NCBI RefSeq assembly: GCF_000281045.1
Contig: NW_008246147.1
Location: 7,972 to 71,971 of the forward strand
Length of the DNA stretch: 64,000 nt
Origin: Saprolegnia diclina VS20
Taxonomy: Eukaryota
Direction of reading: 5' to 3'
The notes under the pieces are model-generated. The model was not told the DNA's origin. It saw nothing but the letters and a program-made list of their open reading frames with translations, and ran no database searches. A program made the position numbers and the translations under genes. Positions 1-10,859 of the stretch are shown here, in pieces (the first letter of the stretch is position 1; each line of letters begins with the position of its first letter).

Positions 1-1346
1 CGTCACCCGGGATCGCTTCCTCGTACTCGATCCACGCAGGCGTGACCGCGAGCATGCACTTGCGCAACAAGCGCTGCCGTAGCGCCTCGAGCTCTTCCTT
101 GTCATTCTTGACCTTCTTGGTCGTCGCGGTTGGGTCGGCGGCTCACTCCCGCCCGAGCTTTTCACAAACCTGCGCCTCCAAGCGGCCTTCTACGTCTTGA
201 TGTACGCGCGTCGTCCGCACGCAGACAATGTCGGCGTCGCCGCTTTAGGTATATTAAACGTTGGTATGTAATAATGCTGGTATTTCGAGCGTCGAGCCAC
301 GCGCGACTAGATGAGATTGCTCAAGACGAGAGCTTTCCCGTTGCCGGCAAACACGAGAGCAACAAAAGAGCACACTGCGCGCTTACATAGTCAAGGCGCG
401 AAGCGGTGCAGAGCTTGGCCTCGCATCTGTGAGACCCGGCTCGGTGTGAAAAAAGCACCGCCGGCACCATCTCATTGTCCTTGAGCGCCTTCGCAGCCGG
501 CACCGCGAGGTCGACATGATCCAGGCCTTCAGGCGCGTCCACGAGCTCGCAAAGGCGTCCTTGCGCGCGCAGTGCACGACGAGCGGGTGGTACGAGACCA
601 CGAGTAGCGCGGAAAGAGCGCAAAAAACTCGACTTCGTGTGTCTCGGGCAAACACGGAACCTAGTCATTCTATGAGATGCATATAGAGTCAAACATGTGT
701 AGTACCTTGTGCCAAACGCGGGGCAGCGCTGCGCGGACGCCTTGAAGAACGAGGTCCGGTGTAGCATGACACGAACCGTGGGCGCGCGGCCACTGTGTGT
801 GACCGCCGAGAGAAGATGCAATGGCTGGTAGCTTGAGCGCATATCGCATCTGACGCGCCGCCGAGCGCGAGGTTGGCTGCGGGCGAGAGGTCGCTGCGGG
901 CCAGCGATCTCGGTGTTAGCTGCCAAGCCGCAGGACGGAGGACGTCAAGCATGAGGCGCTCGAGATGTGCGCCATTTGGCTCTGCGCCGCGAGGTGACGA
1001 GCGCGGTCCGGACGCGGCGTGGCTCGTCGTCAAATCGCCGATTGGCTATTTATGTCCGGTATCATTATCCGGATGCCTCGAAACAACGCCACGAGCGCGA
1101 CACGGTCGAGGCCATCGTCCGCACTCCTCGCACAAACGCTCGATGTTGTCGCTGGCAGCGTTTGTTTCGGCGCGTCGACTATATACCTCACAGCACGTAG
1201 ACGTCCGACATCAAAACAATAACATTTCAACCGCTACGGCGCCGATGGCTGCGACCAGCGCTGCATCGACGCCAGCAGCAACGACCCAATACGGATGCGA
1301 CTGCTCCGCAAGCCTCTTGCGCGCATGCACGCACTTATGCCAAGGT

Positions 1347-1744
1347 ACTAATGCAGGTGCTCAATGGGTGCGACGCTGCTCAACACGTTTCGGATACCAC
1401 CAATCGAGCGTGGTGATCATCGATCCTCGACGACGCAGACCCAAGCCAATTCGCGCATGAAGACGCTGCGATCTTTGCGTACGTGGCAAGCCAACNNNNN
1501 NNNNNNNNNNNNNNNNNNNNNNNNNNNNNNNNNNNNNNNNNNNNNNNNNNNNNNNNNNNNNNNNNNNNNNNNNNNNNNNNNNNNNNNNNNNNNNNACTAA
1601 TGCAGGTGCTCGATGGCTGCGACGCTGCTCAACACGTTTCGGATACCACCCATCGAGCTTGGCGATCATCGATCCTCGACGACGCAGACCCAAGCCAACT
1701 CGCGCATGAAGACGCTGCGATATTTGCTTCCATGGCGAGCCAAC
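1347..1744. repeat. Two ~149-bp near-identical direct copies (1347-1495 and 1596-1744) separated by a 100-N gap
   Basis: Both copies begin actaatgcaggtgctc and end gccaac, with scattered substitutions. The N run spans 1496-1595. Confidence 0.9.
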
Positions 1745-2389
1745 GTCCTGTACTGCAGGGATGCGTGGCGAAAGAAGGACCTCGGCCACACGAGTGTCAC
1801 CGTCCACAGTCGACAGGACGCCCGCTTGCGAGCGCTCTGCCGTGCGATCCGGTGCCGTGCGGCCGAGGCCCTGCAGCGCAAATTGCGGAATGAGCAACGC
1901 TCAAGGCTACAATTCTCTTGTAAAAGCACTGCGTTTCGCCTTTGTCGTGCTCGCTTTTGCTTTTACACGACTGAACGTTTGCGTCGAAATGGGACATTCT
2001 CCGAGTGCCACGTCATAGGAATCGACAGTTTGCGACCTCCGACATACGAGAACGCATAGAGTCAAGAAGGCAGCTTCTTGGTAGGTTTCGCCGCCTACCA
2101 TGGCCCATCACTGCCCACCGTTTGTCACTCGGCGTGTGGGGTTTTGCACGCGTCGCCTCAAGGGGGTAGCCCTTGGCGATGATGTTTTCCCCCACACACA
2201 GAGACCAGCGAGAGCCGACTCGCACACACACAGTATAACCGGTTTGCCTAACCGGTGAGCTGAGTCGGCTAGCTCAACCGACTAGCCGAAACCGCTCTCG
2301 GTTTCCGGCCCTCAGTGCTCACACGCGCCCAGCCTCCGAGCCTGCCATAACAAGGCCCACTGTCTTGCCAGCTGCTACAGCACATCGTT

Positions 2390-2434
2390 AAGGTTTATGA
2401 GAGGCCTGCGACTTGCAGGCCTCTTATAAACCTT
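2390..2434. repeat. Inverted repeat/hairpin with 20-bp arms (1 mismatch) and a 5-nt loop
   Basis: aaggtttatgagaggcctgc-gactt-gcaggcctcttataaacctt. Confidence 0.9.
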
Positions 2435-2575
2435 CAGCCGAGCCATAAAGTCTCTGCGAGCCACCAGTTCGGCTCCAACGCTCCGCTAATATACACCGAG
2501 CCTGGTCAGCTCACTTCCTCTTTTGGTTTCTCCGCCACAAGTGCTTTCTCGTTTGTTCCTTCCCTCTCAACTGTG

Positions 2576-4977
2576 TACCATCACACGCGATGTGACAATA
2601 GATAGCCGGGAGTGCGGAAGCCCGAGCATTGTGAGCTAAAAGCATCTCGCTCCAAACGCTCCACAGAATGTGCTGGACGTCGTCACTTCGTGAATGTTGC
2701 TAGGAATCACAATCTTGTTCCGCTGGAAGGGGAGGTCGTCGCAACAAGTGCAGAAGACAAAGACTGCGGCGTGATAATCTGATTATTGACCCTTGTCGAG
2801 AATTGCGCGCGTTGTACGACGAATCGCGGTCTACTCCCCAAAGTGTCTTCTATCACTGTACTCACTATGGGCGATTCCGTTTCGAACGTGATGTTGTCGG
2901 CAAGCGGCGTCGGCGTCCTGGCGTGATGCCGCTAAGATGGCACTACGATCTTAGTTTGGCGCGCGTCTTGGGTCGCGTCTCGCGACTGCTGTACGCCTCG
3001 TACGTCAGCGCGCCCTCGCTTTCCGTACTCTCCACAGCGTCCTCTACTACTGTGCCAAGTCTTGGCCATTTCGTTGTCGAACGCAGAGTGGTCGATCGGG
3101 CGGCTGTACCAGATAACTGGATAATGTGGCTAATATCACGCAAGCTGTCGCGGTGCGCTCCCGATTGCGAATTGATGGCAAACGTCGGTTAAAATGCAAA
3201 ATGGCGCATACGTCGTACAGTGATTCAATTTGCTTTGTATTGCACGGAGCACCGAGTTACACCGTCGTGCGCGGCCTACAGCGCTCGTGCCCAAAGTGAT
3301 GCCGAATTGCACGATTTGAGGCTTCATGAGGAACTTTTACATGGCACGTGCCATTTTCAACAAAGGAAACGCATCAGAAGCTCTCTTGCCGTCGCCATGT
3401 GAGAGAATACGAGCGCGCATGCTTGGTACGGGCTTGATGCTGATGTTGGGCTCTTGATGAGCGCAAAAATCGGCGGCCGAGCGGACCCAAGTGCTCGCGC
3501 ACACGCTTCGGGGCGACCTTGGCCATGCGCTTGACGACGCGCATCGCCATGCGCTTGACGACATTGTTGGTGGCGTCCGTGAGGCCCACAGCGAGCGCCG
3601 AGACAAGCGCCGCGTCGACCTTGACCGCGAGGTCAACTTGACGAGCGGGTTCTCATCCCAAACGAGCGCCACAAGCGTCGGGACGACAGCAAGCGTGGCG
3701 GCAACCCACGTCGGCACCAGCGAGAGACTGAGCAAGCTCGATGCTACCAGCGCCGCCAAGTGGTGAAGCGTTCAAAGCTCCGTCGACGGCTGCACGAGCT
3801 CCTCGACCATCGCGACACCATGTTCTTCGCTGCCGAGCAAGAGCGCGAGGGCAAGACCGTTGCTCGCGCGCATACGCCGGAGGTCGTCGTCCATCATGAG
3901 GAGGCGCGAAGGGCGTCCTCCACTGCGAGTACAGCCGACGCCGAGACCTTGGCGCCGACGCGGTTGTGAATCGCAACGAGTGCGTCAAGGCTGGCCTCCT
4001 TGACGCCGCCCGTCGTCGACGCAGCCTTGTCCGTGAGCTCGGCAATGAGCGGGTCCATACATCTCGGTCGTGACCATTGCTCATGGTCGATTTGAAACTC
4101 AACTGACATGGGTGTTTCTATTGGCTCGATTTTAAATTCTTTATAGCCAATCACAAAACTACGTCTTATATAGTGTGCGTATCCGCTTCCACAATAACGA
4201 GTAGCAGCCCACAGACTCGCCAACCCCACGTAGGAGATATGTAGGCCTCTCTACACACTCACTGAACGGNNNNNNNNNNNNNNNNNNNNNNNNNNNNNNN
4301 NNNNNNNNNNNNNNNNNNNNNNNNNNNNNNNNNNNNNNNNNNNNNNNNNNNNNNNNNNNNNNNNNNNNNGGCATACGAGGACGCATGAATACCATCACAC
4401 GCGTTGTGATACTAGATCACTGCGAGTGCGGAAGCCCGAGCATTGTGAGCTACAAGCACCTCGCTCCAATCGCTCCACCGAATGCAATGGTGCTGGAGGT
4501 AGTAACTCCGTAAATGTGGCTAGGAATCGCAATCTTGATCCACTAGAAGGGGAAATCGTCGCTACAAGTGCAGAAGACGAAAACTACGGCGTACCAATGC
4601 GGCGATTTGCATTTTAACGTTTTAAGAGCGCTTTGTATTTGTCGTCGAGCATTGCGCGCGTTTTAGGCTTGCAACGACGACGTATCGCAGTCTGCTCTGC
4701 TCTCCAAAGTGTCGTCTATCACTGTACCAACTTTAGGCGATTCCATTTCAAACGTGATGTTGGCGACAAGCAACGTCGGCGTCGTGGCGTGATGCCGCTA
4801 AGATGGCACTACGATCTTAGTCTGGAGTGCGTTGTGCCTCTCAGATGGCACTACGATCTCAGTTTGGCGCGCGTCTTGGATCGCGTCTCGCTATCGCTGT
4901 ACGCCTCGTACGTCGACGCGACCTCGCTTTCCGTGCCCTCCATAGCGTTCTTTACCAATGTGCCCAACCTTGCCGAC
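2576..4977. repeat. Diverged ~500-590 bp direct duplication (copy A ~2576-3068, copy B ~4390-4977)
   Basis: Shared blocks include taccatcacacgcg, gagtgcggaagcccgagcattgtgagcta, acaagtgcagaagac and tggcgtgatgccgctaagatggcactacgatcttagt. Copy B also has an internal duplication of agatggcactacgatct (4801 and 4843). Confidence 0.85.
3400..4072 (-). pseudogene. Degenerate fragment resembling the C-terminal HEAT repeats of GCN1
   Basis: Minus-strand pieces in different frames: PRCMDPLIAELTDKAASTTGGVKEASLDALVAIHNRVGAKVS, GLTDATNNVVKRMAMRVVKRMAKVAPKRVREHLGPL and PPIFALIKS..NISIK. They are broken by stops and frameshifts. The first piece resembles the recalled GCN1 segment PRVDPLxxEL...GVKxAMLxAL. 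Confidence 0.55.
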
Positions 4978-5722
4978 TGCATTTCCAAACGCAAAGATGG
5001 TGTGCACATTTCATCGAGTACTATTGTCAAAACGGCTGCTTCCATACACGGAGAAATGATCTGTATCTATCCATGTTGAGGCGAAACTGCATGTCTCGCA
5101 CACCCGCATACTTGCCGGTTGAAATCGGAGACTCGGGTGCAATTGTCTGCATCTCGAGTAGCGCGTCGTTCTTCTGTCGTGCAACCCACTAACGTCAATA
5201 TTGCACGAGGGCGGAAACAACTTCCGCGAATTCTTTGGCCCCAAATATGCAGGTCGGTGAAACATCGAGTACCTCGGTACGGGTCGGATGATTGTTCCGG
5301 TCCAGTGACCAACATACGCTCTTGGTGACAGGAATATGTCCTCGTGTGACATTGTGACATGTGCATCCTGCGCAAAGTGTATGTACGGGGCAGTAGGTTT
5401 TAGTTGGTGCAACGCGTCCAAACGAATGCGAGGGACATCGTGCCACACACAATCGGTGGGTGCATCACATACCGGGTATTTGGCGTTGGAGTGGAGCGCA
5501 TAGAGGGGTGGAGTACGTTTATCGGTCCGTCTTTGGTCTCCGTGGTCTTCTCGGTGGTGTCGTCGTTTGAGATATGCACTTCAACCTGGGACACATATGT
5601 CTTGTTCGTTTCGCATACGACTGGAGTCATCCCAACCAGATCTGAACTCTTGCGAATCTGTCGGCCCTCAGGATGACACCATCATGGAACCTCATTGTTT
5701 GATTTTCTCCCAAACCCCAAGT

Positions 5723-6838
5723 ATGAAGCTTTTCCACGTCTTCCCGGTTCTCGCCCTCGTCGTCGCGACAACCAGCGCATCGCTCCGAGCGGGCTGCGGG
5801 TCGCTTTCGGCGATCGCAGAAGAGACCAAGTCCCTCACCGAGCTCTACGAAGAAGCGCGCAAGGAAGGCGGCAATCTCGTGGTCTACCACGGCGGCGACC
5901 ACGCCACGCAGCAAGACTACGTCGCTGATGCCTTCCGGGCTACGTACCCGGATCTCAACTTGACCATGATCGTCGACTACAGCAAGTACCACAACGTTCG
6001 CATCGACAACCAGATCGAGACCAAGACGCTCGTCGCGGACGTCGTCGCGCTCCAGACGCTCAACGACTACCCTCGCTGGAAGAAGCAAGAGAAGCTCCTC
6101 CAGTACAAGCCCAACGGTTTTAGCAACATCTACGACGGCTTCACCGACCCGGATGGCACGTGGCTCTCGCACGCCGTCTTTACGTTCAGCTACTTTTACG
6201 ACGAGGCGCAGCTGCAGGCCAAGGGCCTCACGCCGCCCGCAACCGCCAAAGACCTCGCGGACCCCAAGTACGCGGGCCTTCTCGCGTCGGCCTATCCGCA
6301 CGACGACGACGCGACCTTGTTCGTCTACGACCGCTACGTCAAGGAGTACGGCTGGGACTGGGTCAAGAAGCTGGCGGCGCAGCAGATCGAGTTCAAGCGC
6401 GGGTCGCACACGCCGGACCTCGCTGTCACGGCGCAGCGCAAGGCTATTGGTATCGCGGGCTCATCCCCCTCGCCCATGCCGGCTTCGGTCAAGGAGATCA
6501 CGGGTGCCAACTCGTCGTCCGATTACCTTGCGTGGGGCCAGCGCATCGCGATTCTGAAGGAGGCGCCGCACCCCGCGGCCGCCAAGCTCTTTGTCAACTG
6601 GATCGTCTCCAAGGAGGTTCAATCGACCCTCATGAATGGCTTCTCGCCGCGTACGGACTTGCTGCCGTCCAGCGGCGTCCAGCCCTGGGACATTCAGCGC
6701 GCCAACTCGCTCGCATTCCAGTCGTGGATGGAGGACCGCGCCAACATTGAAGAGCTCAAGGCCACGTTTGCCTTGTACTTTGGCGAAGTCACGGGTGAGC
6801 CGACGCCGGGCCAGCTCGGCCTCCACCCGGGCAAGTAA
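5723..6838 (+). CDS. Secreted ABC-transporter-type solute-binding protein (Fe3+/thiamine/polyamine-binding class), intronless
   Basis: Signal peptide MKLFHVFPVLALVVATTSA. Motifs LYEEARKEGGNLVVYHGGD, DLADPKYAG and APHPAAAKLFVNWIVSKEVQ are typical of periplasmic binding proteins. Confidence 0.85.
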   Translation: MKLFHVFPVLALVVATTSASLRAGCGSLSAIAEETKSLTELYEEARKEGGNLVVYHGGDHATQQDYVADAFRATYPDLNLTMIVDYSKYHNVRIDNQIETKTLVADVVALQTLNDYPRWKKQEKLLQYKPNGFSNIYDGFTDPDGTWLSHAVFTFSYFYDEAQLQAKGLTPPATAKDLADPKYAGLLASAYPHDDDATLFVYDRYVKEYGWDWVKKLAAQQIEFKRGSHTPDLAVTAQRKAIGIAGSSPSPMPASVKEITGANSSSDYLAWGQRIAILKEAPHPAAAKLFVNWIVSKEVQSTLMNGFSPRTDLLPSSGVQPWDIQRANSLAFQSWMEDRANIEELKATFALYFGEVTGEPTPGQLGLHPGK

Positions 6839-7302
6839 GTGTGCGTGAGTGTATTTCAGCATCCCTAAGAGCAAATGAAGCTTTGGATATATTGGATCTG
6901 TAATTTTGACTGTTTGTTTGTCTTTTCTCCTCCACCCTCGGTTGGATGCTGTCCAGCACGTACAGGACGAGCGCCCCACATAACTCATTGAGCAACGCGG
7001 AAGACTCCAGCGCCGCAGCCCAAAAGAAGGCGGAAGCCAAAATAGCACCCAGTAGCGAAAAGCCAAATGAAAAGGCTGCGGCGGGTCCTCTTGCTCCTCT
7101 GGCAACTACTTTCGGCGTCTGCCGAAACGTGCACATTGCCCGAGGCACAGTATTCCACTCCACTGCCGATGGGAGACTTGAGTTTCTATTTCTTTCTCTC
7201 AACAAGAGGTTTCCCACCAGCCCACTCCGCTAGTAGTTCTTGTATCGAGAATGTGCTTGTACTGAAAACAGGACCACTCGATCCACAGTTGCAAGGTTGA
7301 GC

Positions 7303-8271
7303 ATGCGCGTCTACTTTGGTAGGATGATGCTGCAAGCAAGAGGCTCATGCTGAGGTAGACATGGCCGTGGGCGGCAAGCCCATCGGGCGCATCGACTTCC
7401 GCCTCTACGAGGACGTGCCCAAGACGGCCGAGAACTTCCGCGCGCTCTGCACCGGCGAGCGCGGCCTCGGCAAGACCACCAAGAAGCCGCTGCACTACAA
7501 GGGTACACCTACATGCACCTAAAGCGCCTTGGTCTGAGCATGGCGTAGGCTCGATCTTCCACCGGATCATCGCGGGCTTCATGTGCCAGGGCGGCGACTT
7601 TTCGAACCGCAACGGCACGGGCGGCGAGTCGATCTACGGCGCCAAGTTTGCGGACGAGAACTTCAAGCACAAGCACACGAAGGCGGGGCTGCTCTCGATG
7701 GCCAACGCTGGTCCCAACACGAACGGGTCGCAGTTCTTCATCACGCTCGCGCCGACGCCGCACCTCAACGGGAAGCACGTGGTCTTTGGCGAGGTCATTG
7801 ACGGCATGGACGTGGTGCGCAAGATGGTCGCGGTCGACCGCGGCCGCAACGACAAGCCCGCGATGGACGTGACGATCGCCGACTGCGGCGAGGTTACGAC
7901 GAAATCCAAGGAGGAAAAGAGAGCGAAGAAGAAGAAGAAGAAGGATGCCAAGGCCAAGAAGCACCGCGACGACGACAGCGACGACCGCTCGTCCCGCTCC
8001 CGCGGTACACTTGACACTCTCGATTGATATCGGTATGCTCATGCTCTGCACATGGATAGAGCGCAAGTCGTCATCGTCCCGCAGGTCGCGCGACGCCAGT
8101 GAGTCCCCCAAGCGGCACTCCAAGCGGTCGCGCTCCCGGTCGCGCTCTCGTTCGCGCAGCCGTCGCCACCGGTCGTCGTCGCCGGACGAGCACCACCGCC
8201 GCCGCTCCTCGTCGCCCCGCCGTGAACGCCGCCGCCGATCGTCGTCGGACGACCGGTCCTCCCGGCGCTAG
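7303..8271 (+). CDS. Cyclophilin-type peptidyl-prolyl isomerase with Lys- and Arg/Ser-rich tail (cyclophilin G-like), 3 short introns
   Basis: Spliced sequence [89 protein letters not shown], then RSRSRSRS repeats. Confidence 0.93.
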
Positions 8272-8327
8272 GTCGTCGCAGCGTCGAGGATAGCTTTACG
8301 CATATGAATGACAAACACAGATGCTGC

Positions 8328-9382
8328 TTAGAGGCGCTGGTGGAGGTAGACGGTCGCGGGCCCCCAGCTCATGCTGTAGCGCTGCTTGAAGATGATGTCA
8401 AAGGCCGTCGAGTCGAGCGGCTTTGTGAACGTGATCAAGTAGGCGCCGGGACGAAGCCGCTCGGCCTGCGCCGACATGCGTTGCAGCAGCAACGCGTCAA
8501 AGCAAGTCGAGTTGGCAAAGCACACGTCTAGATCGCTTGAGGCAACGCAGAAGAGACCGGTGTACCTGCGTGCGACCAGTCGAGGTCCAGGAACGAGCTG
8601 TGGAAGAAGGCCACCGCGAGCTGCGGCGACGTTGTCGAGATCGTGGGCTGGACAAACTCGGTGTAGTTGCGGCAGATTTCGGCCGCCGCCTCGTGGAGGC
8701 CTTGGAGGAGCTCGATGCCAACGCACTTGGCGAAATCAAAGTTGAGGCGCGCGAGGAAGACGGCGCGGCCGGTACCGCTGCCAAGATCGTAAAAGGTGTC
8801 GCCAGGGCGGATGGGCACGCGGGAGAGGACGTCGAGGAACGCATGGTAGTCGACCTCGCCGTAGACAAGCGACTAGATGGACGCATGGTCGATGGGCCGT
8901 GAGCCGTGACATACCTTTTCATGCAGGAGCTCCTGCTCTTCGCGGTCCTTGCGTGAGATGTCCTTGCCTTTCTCGAGCGGGCAGTCGAGATACAGAGAGT
9001 CAAAGAGCTTGAACGTCTCAATGTCTAAGCATATCCATGAGCAGCTTGGCATGCAGGTGCACATACCGATGAGCTTGCGGGTGCGCGTGCGCCACGCAGG
9101 TTCTGCGTTGCCCGAGACTTCTTCGGCCACAATCGCATCGACGAGCTGCCGTCCCCGGACGTCGTGCTGGAAGAGGAGCTCTACGTCAACAGGAAGATGA
9201 CGATGGACGCGGGACGTGGCCGTGCTACCTTTGAGCAGCGACTTGCCTATGCTGGAGATGAGGCCATGGCGGTGCAAGAGGCTGGCAAGCAGCAGCAGCT
9301 TGGCCTCGTGGCCGTCGGGACCGGCGAGCACGCGGGCGCGGATCTCGGCGCAGACGTCGGCCGCTCGCTTGGCGTCGTCCAT
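8328..9382 (-). CDS. DOT1-like class I SAM-dependent methyltransferase, multi-exon
   Basis: LVYGEVDY, FYDLGSGTGRAV, CVGIEL, VCFANSTCF and the C-terminal SMSWGPATVYLHQR, spread over exons joined by short introns. Confidence 0.75.
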
Positions 9383-10237
9383 CACAAAGATACGATGCTT
9401 TTCGGGCGGCCGCCAAAGACCGCCCGAGCATGGTGGAAGCTTCGCCGAACGTTTCTAGGGCCCGATGGACCGAGAGGCGGGGCCTGGACCCGGAGAAGTT
9501 GACCTACAGTGGACGCGTTCGTGGCAGCTCCTGGCGTTGGTCTGCGTGCTTTGTGGAGACGAATCTAATGAGCACACATGTGGGCTCCAATTCTCCAATT
9601 CGACGACGCCCTTCGCAACCAGACCGGCCAAACCAGACCGGCTGTACACCTGGCGCAACGCCGACAAGCTCGGTGGCACGTAGATTTTGCAACGTTTCGT
9701 AGCTCACTGGGGCTCGGAGAATGCCCCAGCCAACGACCTCGGACAATTAATGCAGCTGGTGGGGCGGAGGCAAGGATGTGCTGGCTACCCTGTATACGTC
9801 ACGACAAGCATGCGCCCTTGCGCGCGTGATGCGTGTCCAAAACGCAAGTTCTTGCGGTACAACGATTGAGAAAGGTGGCTAATCCCACGCAACTCGCATT
9901 GGTCATTCGCCAAGCACGCGCTGCTGTACTGCTCCACCGAAGGGCTTCTAGACTGCGGCTTCGATGCTGCTCAATGGCTTGCCATCGATCACCCTCGCCG
10001 AGCTCCCTCGCTTTTACTGCGGGCTTGCGAGGGGCGGTGATGGCCACCTTGAAGTTCAAGCCACGTGGTGTCCCGTTTCCGACGGCTTTCTATACAAACC
10101 CCCAGTCATTTCTCATGGGACTTGGGTAAAGTATGGGCGGTATACATCCGCGAAAGAGACACAAGATCCCAAAATAGCTGGCTAGTTGCACCGAACCTTC
10201 GACATTCCCCAAGACGCAACCAACCACTCAGATCTCC

Positions 10238-10822
10238 ATGCTGACGACGACCAAGACCGAGCGCAAGTCGCTGTCGCTGCGCGAGGTCGTCGACGCCATC
10301 GAGCAGGTCATCGACCTCCACGACAAGATCCCGCTGCACAAGATGGACGAGGTCAAGCACGCGCTCGAGGACTTTAGCGGCGACATGGCCGAGCTTGGAC
10401 GCTACGCCCACTTTGACCCGTCGCGCAACTACACGCGCAACCTGATTGCGACCGACAACGAGTCGTACGCGCTCATGCTCCTCTGCTGGAACAAGGGCAA
10501 GTACAGCCCGATCCACGACCATCCGTCCGACGGTTGCTGGGTCCGCCTCATCCAGGGCACGGTCAACGAGGTCCGGTACGCCAACACGGGCACCGAGCTC
10601 GTCGAGACGTCAAACGACAACATCGTCGAGGGCGTCTCGTTCATGAGCGACTCGCTCGGCCTCCACAAGATTGGCAACCCGAGCGATGAGGTCGACGCGA
10701 TCACGCTGCACCTCTACGCGCCGCCGTACGACAAGTGCAAGCTCTGGTTCGACCCATCGGATGCGACCAAGGTGTCGACGGCCGTCTCGAGCTTCTACTC
10801 GGAGTTTGGCGAGCTCAACTAA
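10238..10822 (+). CDS. CDO1: Cysteine dioxygenase (copy 1)
   Basis: YTRNLI, LLCWNKGKYSPIHDHPSDGCW, LGLHKIGNP and TLHLYAPP show the 3-His triad plus the crosslink Cys and Tyr. Confidence 0.95.
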   Translation: MLTTTKTERKSLSLREVVDAIEQVIDLHDKIPLHKMDEVKHALEDFSGDMAELGRYAHFDPSRNYTRNLIATDNESYALMLLCWNKGKYSPIHDHPSDGCWVRLIQGTVNEVRYANTGTELVETSNDNIVEGVSFMSDSLGLHKIGNPSDEVDAITLHLYAPPYDKCKLWFDPSDATKVSTAVSSFYSEFGELN

Positions 10823-10859
10823 ACCGTGCTCATGTAATTTATAACGCTGTGAAATCCTG

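Noticed and set aside
1..600. Coding-like minus-strand fragments (KKVKNDKEELEALRQRLL; AAKALKDNEMVPAVLF)
   Set aside because: They are truncated by the window edge or frameshifted, and I could not assign a family.
1347..1744. Near-identical 149-bp copies as a biological tandem repeat
   Set aside because: Both copies abut a 100-N gap, so they are most simply unmerged allelic contig ends.
9430..9702. Short plus-strand ORFs between the methyltransferase and CDO genes
   Set aside because: No recognisable motif or consistent gene structure.
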